A stretch of 53,979 nt of DNA, taken from the NCBI GenBank assembly GCA_038213615.1, contig JBBQSV010000002.1, positions 1 through 53,979 of the forward strand, read 5' to 3'. The stretch is from Candidatus Saccharimonadales bacterium. GTDB taxonomy: Bacteria > Patescibacteriota > Saccharimonadia > Saccharimonadales > OMJO01. Within the stretch, counting starts at the first letter, position 1, and each line of letters opens with the position of its first letter. A program made the translations under genes and the position numbers. The notes beneath the pieces are model-generated. The model made no database searches. It had not been told where the DNA came from and worked only from the letters and a program-made list of their open reading frames with translations. This document shows, piece by piece, positions 15,693-24,308 of the stretch.

Positions 15693-17375
15693 TTAACTTC
15701 CTAAAACACAGGGACCAATAAACTTAGGGTCACGGCAGGGACTATGTGCCTTTATGGCATCTACCCAGTTACTGAAGTCACTCTCTAGTGCCGGAACCGA
15801 ATTTCTTGAGAACGAATCATAGTCTGATGCAGCAACGCCCGAAATATGCGAATCTATCGTTCTGGTGCAGCCAACGGCAGCATACAAACTCCCAGATGTA
15901 GCCATGGTTAGGCGAGCAGTATTGCTAAGGTCATCTTTGAGTGACGCAATGCCATTAATAATATTACTTGCTGTGGTTACGTATTGGCTCGCATCCAGGG
16001 TAGGATAGTAAGCATCAGCGGCTACATCTGAACTCCATCGGTGTCTAGCAGTAAGCTCCGTCGAATACATAGCATTCCATCTATCTAGGATGTTCTGACA
16101 AGTGAGTAATGAACTACCTGGGTCAGTTATTGGGCCACAGTTATTTGTACAGCGTGGGGGGGGTGGCGGGGCGGGTGGCGGGGCGGGTTGAGTAACCGAC
16201 ACCGTTGCCGACTTACTGGCCGATATATTGCTATTACTTATGCAGGTTAGCGTGTAATTGGTCGTCGAGCTAGGCTTCTGTACACTACTAGCAGCCAGTG
16301 CTACGGCCACACCATTCAGTGAGCAGCTTCTGGCATTCGCAGTTGTCCATGATAGCGTAGAGGTCTTGCCAAGTAATATAGACGAGGGTGAGGCATTCAG
16401 GCTAATAGACGCCGCTTGAGGGGTAGCGATACTACCATGGAACCCAGCCTGGCCGTAGCTAAACAGACCACCGTCTGTACCCGCCATCCAGTAACTCATA
16501 TCATGTGAGCCAGTGGTACCAAATACTGCAAGCCCAATAACTGGCCCCCACAACTTCTTACCATACATATCACCTACGTTAGAATAGCCGCCGAACGCAC
16601 TTATCCTGCCAAAGGTCGTGGCTGCCACATAGCTGTATCCAGCCAGGTGTGTATCTATAGCCGAGGCGGCCTCACCAGTATGTAGCGCTACGGACTTAAA
16701 TATGCTCCTTGTGCCTACGCTGTAAATCTTGCCATCTCTGTCTAGCATGTTAAGTATGTGGCCTGAGCTATCCCTGTCGGCATCCACGACTTCGTGTACC
16801 CCCGATACGCTACCGTAGGACCCGGCAGAGTAAGTTACCTTGCTTGCATCGAGCTTGTAGGTGGTAGTAGCGTCACCATGGGCCAGTACCTGGCCAGAGG
16901 CAGTTACGATCCAGTATCCCGCACCGGAGGGCGTAGAGACAATGGCCCTATAACTAGTGCTGCCAGAATGGTATTCGCTGCCGTAGAACTTACCGTAGTT
17001 ACCCCAGCCAAAAACTCCACCATCGGCGGCCAGTAGCCATCCGCCGCCACCCGTTTTAGTTAGGGCCATATCCACTATCGGTTGACTGGTTTTGACGGGA
17101 TTAGCCTTTAGGGTACCTTTAGAGGCGCCGCTTCCATTGAATAATAGAACTGTGCCGTTATTTTCAAACAAGTAGTAGCCACTGTGATCCGGTAATGCTG
17201 CTATGCCCGCCACGGGTTGAGAAGCCGCGTGAGTAGCGAATATGTAGTAAGCACCGATAAGGACGAAGAAGAATACGACAACTAGCCCCAAAAGGCCTTT
17301 GCCGGTTTTGAGTTTCTCTAGGAACCCTGATTTTGATTTTTTTGATGTTCTTTTAACTTGTTTTTTTGCTGGCAT
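15693..17375 (-). CDS. Membrane-anchored secreted repeat protein (beta-propeller-like repeats, Ig-like domain, poly-Pro linker, C-terminal domain)
   Basis: Basic N-terminus followed by a TM helix. Repeats of the type DGGVFGWGNYGKFYGS and DGGLFSYGQAGFHGS, and the linker PAPPPAPPPPP. Confidence 0.7.
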   Translation of the reverse strand: MPAKKQVKRTSKKSKSGFLEKLKTGKGLLGLVVVFFFVLIGAYYIFATHAASQPVAGIAALPDHSGYYLFENNGTVLLFNGSGASKGTLKANPVKTSQPIVDMALTKTGGGGWLLAADGGVFGWGNYGKFYGSEYHSGSTSYRAIVSTPSGAGYWIVTASGQVLAHGDATTTYKLDASKVTYSAGSYGSVSGVHEVVDADRDSSGHILNMLDRDGKIYSVGTRSIFKSVALHTGEAASAIDTHLAGYSYVAATTFGRISAFGGYSNVGDMYGKKLWGPVIGLAVFGTTGSHDMSYWMAGTDGGLFSYGQAGFHGSIATPQAASISLNASPSSILLGKTSTLSWTTANARSCSLNGVAVALAASSVQKPSSTTNYTLTCISNSNISASKSATVSVTQPAPPPAPPPPPRCTNNCGPITDPGSSLLTCQNILDRWNAMYSTELTARHRWSSDVAADAYYPTLDASQYVTTASNIINGIASLKDDLSNTARLTMATSGSLYAAVGCTRTIDSHISGVAASDYDSFSRNSVPALESDFSNWVDAIKAHSPCRDPKFIGPCVLGS

Positions 17376-17465
17376 ATTAAACCTTTAGCGCTTTAAGTGT
17401 TAGTTACTTTATACAACTAATGTTTACCTGAGTAAAGCTAAAAGGTTAGTGTGGCTGTGGATAAC

Positions 17466-18341
17466 TTAGGGGTTGATAACTAGCTGAGGTGGATGAGCTT
17501 CATGATTATCATGTGGTGCGAACGTCTGATGACAGGTCCAATTGTTCTCTATGGCAAAGCTCATAATACCGGGTTTTATATATGACAAGTTGCTAAATGG
17601 TATCTGGAAGTAAGTGCTTATCAGTATTTTGTCTACGTCCGTGTGGCCCAAAATTGTAGGATCAAGTACAGGCCTATTGTTCCACGTAAGGGTTGTCTCA
17701 CTCCAGGAGTTATTGAAACTACCGTCGGGGTTCAATACTGCATGTACACTATGATGTTGCGTGACTTTGCGGTACGGCAAAGGCGGAGGTTCGCTGGTAT
17801 TACAATCACCGTTAGGCAGCACCCAAAGCTGAAGGGTAACACTATGGGGTACAAAGTCTAGCGAAGCCAGGTCAAACTTAAAGTAGCTAATCCGGTTATG
17901 GTGACCATGACATTGCGTATGGCCCATACCGTTACCGGGCAGGCCATTGGGGTCACAATCCGTACGCGCGACGTTAGCTCTAAGTTGATGAATATTATTC
18001 AGTTTTAGATTGGACGAATCACTGCACGGGGGATGGTCTGGGGGTTGAGCAGGGGTGGTACACAACCAAGGACCTAGCCCGTCTTCGGCTAGCCCGTCTT
18101 CGTTAGCATTAAGTGTGATTGTATGTGGCGGTGTGGCTGCCTTAAACTTTACGTAGGTGCCACCAGAAGTTACCCCTGATGCTGAAACATTGTATGCCCC
18201 GCCAGCTAGCACGCCAGTTTCTGCTTCGGCTGATATGTTGCTGACGGCAGCGTGCGTCAATAGCAGGGCGATGGTGCCAATTATTACAAAACCCAAAACA
18301 ACAAAGATTACAGATCTGTTACGGGTAAATCTATGGATCAT
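17466..18341 (-). CDS. Secreted DNRLRE-like domain protein
   Basis: TM anchor followed by the module AEAETGVLAGG...SGGTYVKF. The C-terminal WSETTLTWNNRP motif is typical of DNRLRE/CBM-like domains. Confidence 0.6.
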   Translation of the reverse strand: MIHRFTRNRSVIFVVLGFVIIGTIALLLTHAAVSNISAEAETGVLAGGAYNVSASGVTSGGTYVKFKAATPPHTITLNANEDGLAEDGLGPWLCTTPAQPPDHPPCSDSSNLKLNNIHQLRANVARTDCDPNGLPGNGMGHTQCHGHHNRISYFKFDLASLDFVPHSVTLQLWVLPNGDCNTSEPPPLPYRKVTQHHSVHAVLNPDGSFNNSWSETTLTWNNRPVLDPTILGHTDVDKILISTYFQIPFSNLSYIKPGIMSFAIENNWTCHQTFAPHDNHEAHPPQLVINP

Positions 18342-18370
18342 GCTTGAGCCAATTATAAACGTTGCCAGGG

Positions 18371-19621
18371 CTAAAGGTTAAATAAAGTGCGCAGATCTGC
18401 GCCACTACCGGCTGGGCAAGTCCCCACTCCGCCCAGGGGTTGGTTGTTGGCACAACCCAGATAGGGCAGCCCCAGCATACCCTCGGTCGCCTTGAGCACG
18501 GCGATTTCATTAAACATGGGTTTGACCACTTTTTTGCCAACGGTCGGGGCGATAAATATGTTGGGCATGGCCGTGTTGAATGGTTCTGATTCATCAAACA
18601 TCACAAACACCGCTGTATCGCCAGCTTTATAGTTGGGGCCATTCAGTATTTTGGTCAGGTAAGCTTTTAGCCACTGGTCACCCCGAGCTACTGATCCATC
18701 GTGCATATCGTTATCTAGATTGGGCGTAATAAAGGCAAAGCTGGGCAGTGTACCGCCGGCTATATCTTTACTTAGGTGATCGTCAAGGGTGTCGCCAATC
18801 GTCGAACAGTCCGTAGAACTACAGTTGAGAACGGGAAATGGAACGTCGTTTTCAACACATGTGGCTTTGCCGGGTATGGTATTGGTAATGTTATAGAAAA
18901 ATAGTGGGGGATTGTGTTTGGCGGCGTATTTGCCCCTACTGGCAGTCCTGCAAACAGTTAGGGAGTCGTTAGTAGAATTGGTCATGCCTTCTTGGTAGGC
19001 TTTCCAGGTCATCTGCTGTCCGCTGTCCGTAAATTTGTGGTTTTGTATCTGCTGGAATATAGAAATGGTGCTCAACTGATTTGTCCCAGGACCAGTTTGG
19101 GTGATGGGTTTGAGTACCGGGTCATTATCGTTGGTTACGCAACCGGTGCTACCTGTTTGGGGTGATAAACCAGTGTTGCAGTTACTGCCCGAGACGGCGG
19201 CAATGTAATGCGGTTCCGAGGGCAGGTCCGCGGTACCAAACAGATTATCAACATAGCTCGTGGCTTCGCCACACTGCGTCCGTAAACTGTTGAAGTAAGG
19301 GGCGTTGGCACTACCGCTCACTTGGCTATAGCCTCTGTTTTCGAACCAGATCCAGACTACATGCTTGTAGATTTTTGGAGGCGCAGTTGTGCTAGTACAG
19401 GGGCCAGTTACTGGTGAACTGGTGCCAAATTTAGCGTAATAACCACCCGAAGCATTAGCGTCTGCTACTTTGGTGGCGGTCACCAGAGTACCGTTTTCTG
19501 GATCTAAGACCAGATTGCCGACAGCTGCCCTGGACCTAAACAAAAAGATAGCGCCGATAATGGCAAATACAATAACGAAGCACAGGATGATAAATTTTGG
19601 CGTCTTAACTTTGTTAAGCAT
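18371..19621 (-). CDS. Secreted phosphoesterase family protein (PLC/acid-phosphatase-like)
   Basis: HVVWIWFENRGYS and ITPNLDNDMHDGS motifs. I trimmed the start to the Met at 19621 because the longer ORF runs through tRNA-Ser. Confidence 0.7.
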   Translation of the reverse strand: MLNKVKTPKFIILCFVIVFAIIGAIFLFRSRAAVGNLVLDPENGTLVTATKVADANASGGYYAKFGTSSPVTGPCTSTTAPPKIYKHVVWIWFENRGYSQVSGSANAPYFNSLRTQCGEATSYVDNLFGTADLPSEPHYIAAVSGSNCNTGLSPQTGSTGCVTNDNDPVLKPITQTGPGTNQLSTISIFQQIQNHKFTDSGQQMTWKAYQEGMTNSTNDSLTVCRTASRGKYAAKHNPPLFFYNITNTIPGKATCVENDVPFPVLNCSSTDCSTIGDTLDDHLSKDIAGGTLPSFAFITPNLDNDMHDGSVARGDQWLKAYLTKILNGPNYKAGDTAVFVMFDESEPFNTAMPNIFIAPTVGKKVVKPMFNEIAVLKATEGMLGLPYLGCANNQPLGGVGTCPAGSGADLRTLFNL

Positions 19622-19645
19622 AAGTTGATTCAGATTATACACCAT

Positions 19646-19735
19646 TGGCGGAGGAGGTGGGATTCGAACCCACGGTACCCGGTAGGGCACAACGCTTTTC
19701 GAGAGCGTCCAGTTCAACCACTCCTGCACTCCTCC
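19646..19735 (-). tRNA. tRNA-Ser (anticodon CGA)
   Basis: Cloverleaf with a long variable arm, anticodon loop CTCGAAA, T-loop GGTTCGAATCC and an encoded CCA. Confidence 0.9.
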
Positions 19736-19793
19736 AACCAATTTATTGTACTTTAACCTCTGTATATCTAACAAAGTTAGTTAAGGGTATTGA

Positions 19794-19877
19794 CCCCGTA
19801 GTGAGCCTTTGAGGTTATTTACCGTTGGTAAATACTGTCTTTGCTTTGGCAAAGCCACTCAAAGAACTACTACAGGG
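19794..19877 (-). repeat. Structured intergenic repeat, copy 3 (inverted orientation)
   Basis: Its reverse complement aligns along its length with copies 1 and 2. Confidence 0.8.
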
Positions 19878-19906
19878 TTGACATAGTATACACCGTGTAG
19901 TATACT
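19878..19906 (+). promoter_or_regulatory. Promoter TTGACA-17-TATACT with an embedded palindrome (possible PadR operator)
   Basis: ttgaca at 19878-19883 and tatact at 19901-19906. The spacer contains agtatac...gtatact. The ATG is 11 nt downstream. Confidence 0.6.
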
Positions 19907-19917
19907 GGCTGTGTACT

Positions 19918-20298
19918 ATGAAGGAATTAGATAAGTATGAACAGAAGTTATTGCAGGCCTGGGAAGACGTGCATAAGCAAGGCCAGCTAACCATGTGGAT
20001 AATGCTGGCCTTGAAAGACGGCCCCAAGTACATGGCCGAAATCAGACAGTTCATCCTAAACGCAACCAAGCACCGAATCAGTGCCGACGACAAAAGCCTA
20101 TACCGGGCCCTACGCCGTTACCACGATTCAGAGATGGTGGAGTTCAGCGAACGACCCAGCCCCGGCGGCGGCCCTGACCGTAAGGTCTACGCCTTAAGCC
20201 AAGTTGGCGCAACCGTATTGCAGAATTTTTTGAAGCACAATGTTGTCCAAGTATTTTACAACCCCAGTAATCGTAAGCTCATTGAAAGGAGCATATGA
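19918..20298 (+). CDS. PadR family transcriptional regulator
   Basis: Winged-helix signature WIMLALKDGPKYMAEI...SLYRALRR...DRKVYALSQVG. Confidence 0.8.
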   Translation: MKELDKYEQKLLQAWEDVHKQGQLTMWIMLALKDGPKYMAEIRQFILNATKHRISADDKSLYRALRRYHDSEMVEFSERPSPGGGPDRKVYALSQVGATVLQNFLKHNVVQVFYNPSNRKLIERSI

Positions 20299-20299
20299 A

Positions 20300-21214
20300 A
20301 TGTTAGTAGCTAATCAACCTCAGCCAAAAATCGGCCGTTTTAAGCGTAGCCTAGAATTAACCAAGAGTGCCTGGCGAATACTAAAGCTCGATAAAAAGTT
20401 AGTCCTTTTGCCGGTCATCGGCTTTGCACTGTTTCTGGCGACCCTATTAGTTGCTGCAGCGGGGAGCTTTGGGCTGTTTCAGCTGATTCCGAAAGGTTCA
20501 GGATCGGGCCTGGGTGCACTGAGCATGCTATTGATAGTCTGTCTGTTTTTGGCAGCGCTACTAGCTCCCATTGTTATCTCTGTACTAATTAGCGGAGCCA
20601 TCGTCCACGCTGCACTGGAGCGATTTGAAGGTCGCACCCCAACACTCAAAGGCAGCCTACAGGCTGCCCGACAGAAGTTAGGCTCACTGTTCAAGTTTGG
20701 ACTCCTGTCTGCCACCGTGGGCCTGCTGCTTTCAGTCATCAGCGACCGACTACCCGTAATCGGTGGCACCATTTTGCAAATGGCCGGCAGTCTAGCCTGG
20801 TCGATAGCTAGCCTATTTTCTATACCCTACATCATGACCAGCGACAAACCACTGGGCCCCATAGTCGCAACTAAGCAGTCCTCTGCGTTAATCAAAAAAA
20901 TCTGGGGCGAGAGCCTGATGGTTAGCGGTGGTGTAGGAGTGATTGCCATGTTGAGTGGGCTGGCCTACCTGGCAATAACGATTCCAATAACTGTCTTGCT
21001 TGGCACAAAATTGGGTGCCGGTGCAGAGATGGGGTTGGGCATCGGTACGGCAGTTGGCCTGATAGCCCTGTCCATCCCGCTGAATGTTCTGGCATCTATC
21101 GCCAAGACGGCCGTGTTTTACTGGGCCACTACGGGCGAAGCGCCTGAAATGTTCAACAAAGAACTGTTGCACAGTGCCCTAAAGCCTAAAAAAGCTCGCA
21201 AAATATTTGTCTAG
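20300..21214 (+). CDS. Polytopic membrane protein, hypothetical (PadR-associated)
   Basis: The ATG at 20300 lies 1 nt after the padR stop, with AAAGGAG upstream. There are about 6 TM helices. Confidence 0.65.
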   Translation: MLVANQPQPKIGRFKRSLELTKSAWRILKLDKKLVLLPVIGFALFLATLLVAAAGSFGLFQLIPKGSGSGLGALSMLLIVCLFLAALLAPIVISVLISGAIVHAALERFEGRTPTLKGSLQAARQKLGSLFKFGLLSATVGLLLSVISDRLPVIGGTILQMAGSLAWSIASLFSIPYIMTSDKPLGPIVATKQSSALIKKIWGESLMVSGGVGVIAMLSGLAYLAITIPITVLLGTKLGAGAEMGLGIGTAVGLIALSIPLNVLASIAKTAVFYWATTGEAPEMFNKELLHSALKPKKARKIFV

Positions 21215-21331
21215 TATAAGTCACCACAAACAATAAGCTCACGAGCGTAGCCATGTGTGAACATGGTTGCGCTTAGTTAATAGTGAGGCTAGTATGGACT
21301 AAATAGGAACCGTAATATAAAGGACTAGTTT

Positions 21332-21775
21332 ATGCCCCCAGAAACGCCACCAATCAATCCGAACCCAGCACCACAACCAGAGACTAACCCGATGCCGGAC
21401 CAGCCTCTGCAAAGCCAACCTGTCATGGCACAACCCGTACCAACGGCCAACCCAGCAGCCGAAGACCCAGGCAAATCCCTATCGGTTTTTGGATTGATCC
21501 TTGCGTTCCTGGTCCCGTTGGCAGGTCTTATTGTCAGTATTGTGGCTGCCAGCAAAAGTAAAAAAGCTGGTTTTAAGAACGGCACGGCAAAGCTAGGCAT
21601 CATTCTAAGTATCATATTTACTGTCCTGAGTATTGCATCCATGGTTCTGGTGCTTCGACGAGTGGATAATATCCACAACGTCCAGATACCAGATGCCGGT
21701 CCGTTGCCACACCAGTTTGATCAGCCTATTAAAGTCCCTGATTTCACAACCTGCACCAAGACCCATACCTGCTAA
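21332..21775 (+). CDS. Pro-rich membrane protein, hypothetical
   Basis: 147 aa. Pro/Gln-rich N-terminus followed by two TM helices. Confidence 0.55.
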   Translation: MPPETPPINPNPAPQPETNPMPDQPLQSQPVMAQPVPTANPAAEDPGKSLSVFGLILAFLVPLAGLIVSIVAASKSKKAGFKNGTAKLGIILSIIFTVLSIASMVLVLRRVDNIHNVQIPDAGPLPHQFDQPIKVPDFTTCTKTHTC

Positions 21776-21866
21776 CCCGTGCTAGGCATGGGGGCGGAGA
21801 AAACCGCAAAGGGCAATACTGACTGGTAAAAACATCTACAATCTGTTAAAATTACCCCTGTTTTAA

Positions 21867-21943
21867 GCACCCGTAGCTCAGCTGGATAGAGCGTTGGCTT
21901 GCGGAGCCAAAGGTCGTGTGTTCGAATCACGCCGGGTGTACCA
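21867..21943 (+). tRNA. tRNA-Arg (anticodon GCG)
   Basis: Acceptor stem GCACCCG/CGGGTGT. Anticodon stem TTGGC/GCCAA with loop TTGCGGA. A20 is present, the T-loop is TTCGAAT and the CCA is encoded. Confidence 0.85.
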
Positions 21944-21992
21944 GTAGCGGAGTGATGATCCTTTGGGATCGTCGCACCGCTACTTTTCATTT
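21944..21992 (+). terminator. Rho-independent terminator after tRNA-Arg
   Basis: Outer stem gtagcgg/ccgctac around an inner stem gatgatcc/ggatcgtc, followed by TTTTCATTT. Confidence 0.6.
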
Positions 21993-22029
21993 GTGCACAC
22001 ACTAATCGCGCGGTGATATACTGGGTAAC

Positions 22030-22455
22030 ATGAAAACTCGGGTGCCGCGGAACTGGCACAAGGACCATCAACAACAACTTACGGCTGGGGAACGAGCCGC
22101 CGACCGCATGCGTAACGGCATGGGGAGCTGGCTGTTTGTGGGTTTGTTTTTGGTGTTCATGAGCGTGTGGGCCACCCTGAATACCGTCGGCGCATTCTAT
22201 CACTGGGATAAATATCCGTTCATTTTGCTAAACCTGTTTCTGTCTATGCTGGCCGGTTTGCAAGGCGCTATCCTGTTAATCGCTGCCAAGCGGGCCGATG
22301 CCATCAGCGCCGCGATGGCTCAGCACGATTATGAGACTAACGTCGCTGCCAAATCGGAAATTGAGGCTTTGATGAAAATCAACGAACATCAGCTAGAAAT
22401 GCTTAATGATCTAAAAAAGATAATTGAAATAGAATCTAAAAGGAGGTCATCATGA
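22030..22455 (+). CDS. DUF1003-like membrane protein
   Basis: GERAADRMRNGMGSW followed by two TM helices and FILLNLFLSMLAGLQGAILLIAAKR. Confidence 0.65.
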   Translation: MKTRVPRNWHKDHQQQLTAGERAADRMRNGMGSWLFVGLFLVFMSVWATLNTVGAFYHWDKYPFILLNLFLSMLAGLQGAILLIAAKRADAISAAMAQHDYETNVAAKSEIEALMKINEHQLEMLNDLKKIIEIESKRRSS

Positions 22456-22856
22456 AAACAGTAGTAATAATCATTGTCATTGTCGCCCTGGGTGGTGGAG
22501 GCTATGCGGTTTATCACAATAGCCATAAGTCCAAGTCGACGTCGGCCAGCAGCAACGTGGACCATATGAACAGTAGTTCGAGTACCAAAAGCTCGTCGAC
22601 TAACACCAGTTCGGTAACTATCGCTAACTTTGCCTTTTCGCCCACTGACATTACTGTCAAAAAGGGCACAAAAGTAACCTGGACCAACAATGACGGCACT
22701 ACTCATATCATTGCCGGCGACACCAGTGATGGCCCCAGCAATGGCACCGTGGCTCCTGGCCAAAGCTACAGCTTTACTTTTGATACTGTCGGTACGTTCA
22801 AGTATCACTGCGCTATCCACTCCAGCATGACTGGCAGCGTCACCGTCACAGAATAG
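22452..22856 (+). CDS. Cupredoxin (plastocyanin/amicyanin-like) copper-binding protein, membrane-anchored
   Basis: Type-1 Cu ligand pattern H...C-x2-H-x2-M in YHCAIHSSM. There is an N-terminal TM helix and a Ser-rich linker. It overlaps the upstream gene by ATGA. Confidence 0.7.
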   Translation: MKTVVIIIVIVALGGGGYAVYHNSHKSKSTSASSNVDHMNSSSSTKSSSTNTSSVTIANFAFSPTDITVKKGTKVTWTNNDGTTHIIAGDTSDGPSNGTVAPGQSYSFTFDTVGTFKYHCAIHSSMTGSVTVTE

Positions 22857-22905
22857 GCCTAAAGTATTACAAATTGGTCCACAGGCATTATAGTTATGCC
22901 TAGAC

Positions 22906-24288
22906 ATGGCACGCCCTAACAACAAACACTTGCTGCAACGCACCGCAGAAGCTCCCGCCCAAGCGCTGGAAAAGACTATCGAGGTCGGCGAAAAACTGGG
23001 TCGCAACCTGCCACCAGCCAAGTTTGTGCGCAAGGGTCGAGACTACTGGCACGCGCTGGGGCCGGGCCTGACAACCGGCGCCTCGGACGATGACCCGTCT
23101 GGTATTGCCACCTATTCGCAGGCTGGTGCCAAGTATGGCTTTGGCCTGTTGTGGCTGTCGGTGGTCACCTTACCGCTAATGTCGGTGGTGCAGGAAATGT
23201 GCGCCCGGATTGGCCTGGTCACCGGCCGCGGACTAGCCAGCAATATCCGCATCCATTTTTCTAAGCGGGTTTTATATTTCAGCGCTATGGCACTATTTGC
23301 GGCCAATACATTTAATATCGGCGCCGACCTAGGGGCCATGGCCAAGGGCGCCCAACTAATCCATCCCAGCGCCAACTTCCCCATGCTAGTGGTCGGCTTT
23401 GCGCTGGCCAGTATGATATTGCAAATCTTCACGCCGTACGCCAGATACGCCAGGTATTTAAAATGGCTGGCCATGGTTTTATTTGCCTACGTGGCCTCTG
23501 CCCTGATGGCCCACCTGAACTGGGGCGACGTACTACACCACGCCGTAGTGCCCAGTATCAAATTCACCAAGGACCAGGTACTACTGATCTGTGCCATTTT
23601 GGGCACCACCATTTCGCCATATTTGTTTTTTTGGCAGACCAGCCAAGAAGTCGAAGACCAGATCGAGCAAGGCAAAACCACCGTGGCTTTGCGTCAAGGT
23701 ACCACTGGGGACGAAGTCAAAAAAATGCGCCTGGACGTATGGTCGGGCATGGCGTTGTCTAACATTGTGATGTTCTTTATCATCGCCGCTTGTGGAGCGA
23801 CCCTGTACACTCACGGCATTACCAACATCGATTCCGCGGCCCAAGCTGCCGAAGCTTTGCGACCATTTGCTGGCAACGCCACGCTGGGACTGTTCGCTAT
23901 AGGTATCATCGGCACCGGCTTGCTAGCCATACCAGTGCTGGCCGGAGCTAGCTCTTACGCCCTGGCAGAGAGTTTCCGCTGGCAAGAGGGTTTGTACCGC
24001 AACCTTAAACGGGCCCACGCATTTTACGGCATCATCATCCTGTCGCTGCTAATTGGTTTGGGGTTGAACTTTGTGGGATTAAACCCTATCAAGGCCCTGA
24101 TTTATTCGGCCGTGTTTAACGGCATTGTGGCCCCAATTGTACTGCTGTTGATAGTATTGATCAGTAGCAACCACAAGATCATGGGTGAGCACGTCAATAA
24201 ACGCAGCACTACGGTGCTAGGCTGGGCCATAACCGTCATTATGGCTGTGGCTGGTGTGGCTGCCATCTTTGCGCTGCTGCAAATGTAA
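22906..24288 (+). CDS. NRAMP-family divalent metal cation transporter
   Basis: GPGLTTGASDDDPSGIATYSQAGAKYGFGLLW, and about 11 TM helices. Confidence 0.8.
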   Translation: MARPNNKHLLQRTAEAPAQALEKTIEVGEKLGRNLPPAKFVRKGRDYWHALGPGLTTGASDDDPSGIATYSQAGAKYGFGLLWLSVVTLPLMSVVQEMCARIGLVTGRGLASNIRIHFSKRVLYFSAMALFAANTFNIGADLGAMAKGAQLIHPSANFPMLVVGFALASMILQIFTPYARYARYLKWLAMVLFAYVASALMAHLNWGDVLHHAVVPSIKFTKDQVLLICAILGTTISPYLFFWQTSQEVEDQIEQGKTTVALRQGTTGDEVKKMRLDVWSGMALSNIVMFFIIAACGATLYTHGITNIDSAAQAAEALRPFAGNATLGLFAIGIIGTGLLAIPVLAGASSYALAESFRWQEGLYRNLKRAHAFYGIIILSLLIGLGLNFVGLNPIKALIYSAVFNGIVAPIVLLLIVLISSNHKIMGEHVNKRSTTVLGWAITVIMAVAGVAAIFALLQM

Positions 24289-24308
24289 TGCGATAATGGT
24301 TAGTATCC

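Noticed and set aside
18371-19774. The full 467-aa ORF for the phosphoesterase.
   Set aside because: The first 51 codons read through tRNA-Ser(CGA) (19646-19735) on the same strand. The Met at 19621 gives a normal basic-plus-TM N-terminus.
22389-23033. 214-aa minus-strand ORF.
   Set aside because: It is antisense to the well-supported cupredoxin and NRAMP genes, has low-complexity composition and has no start context.
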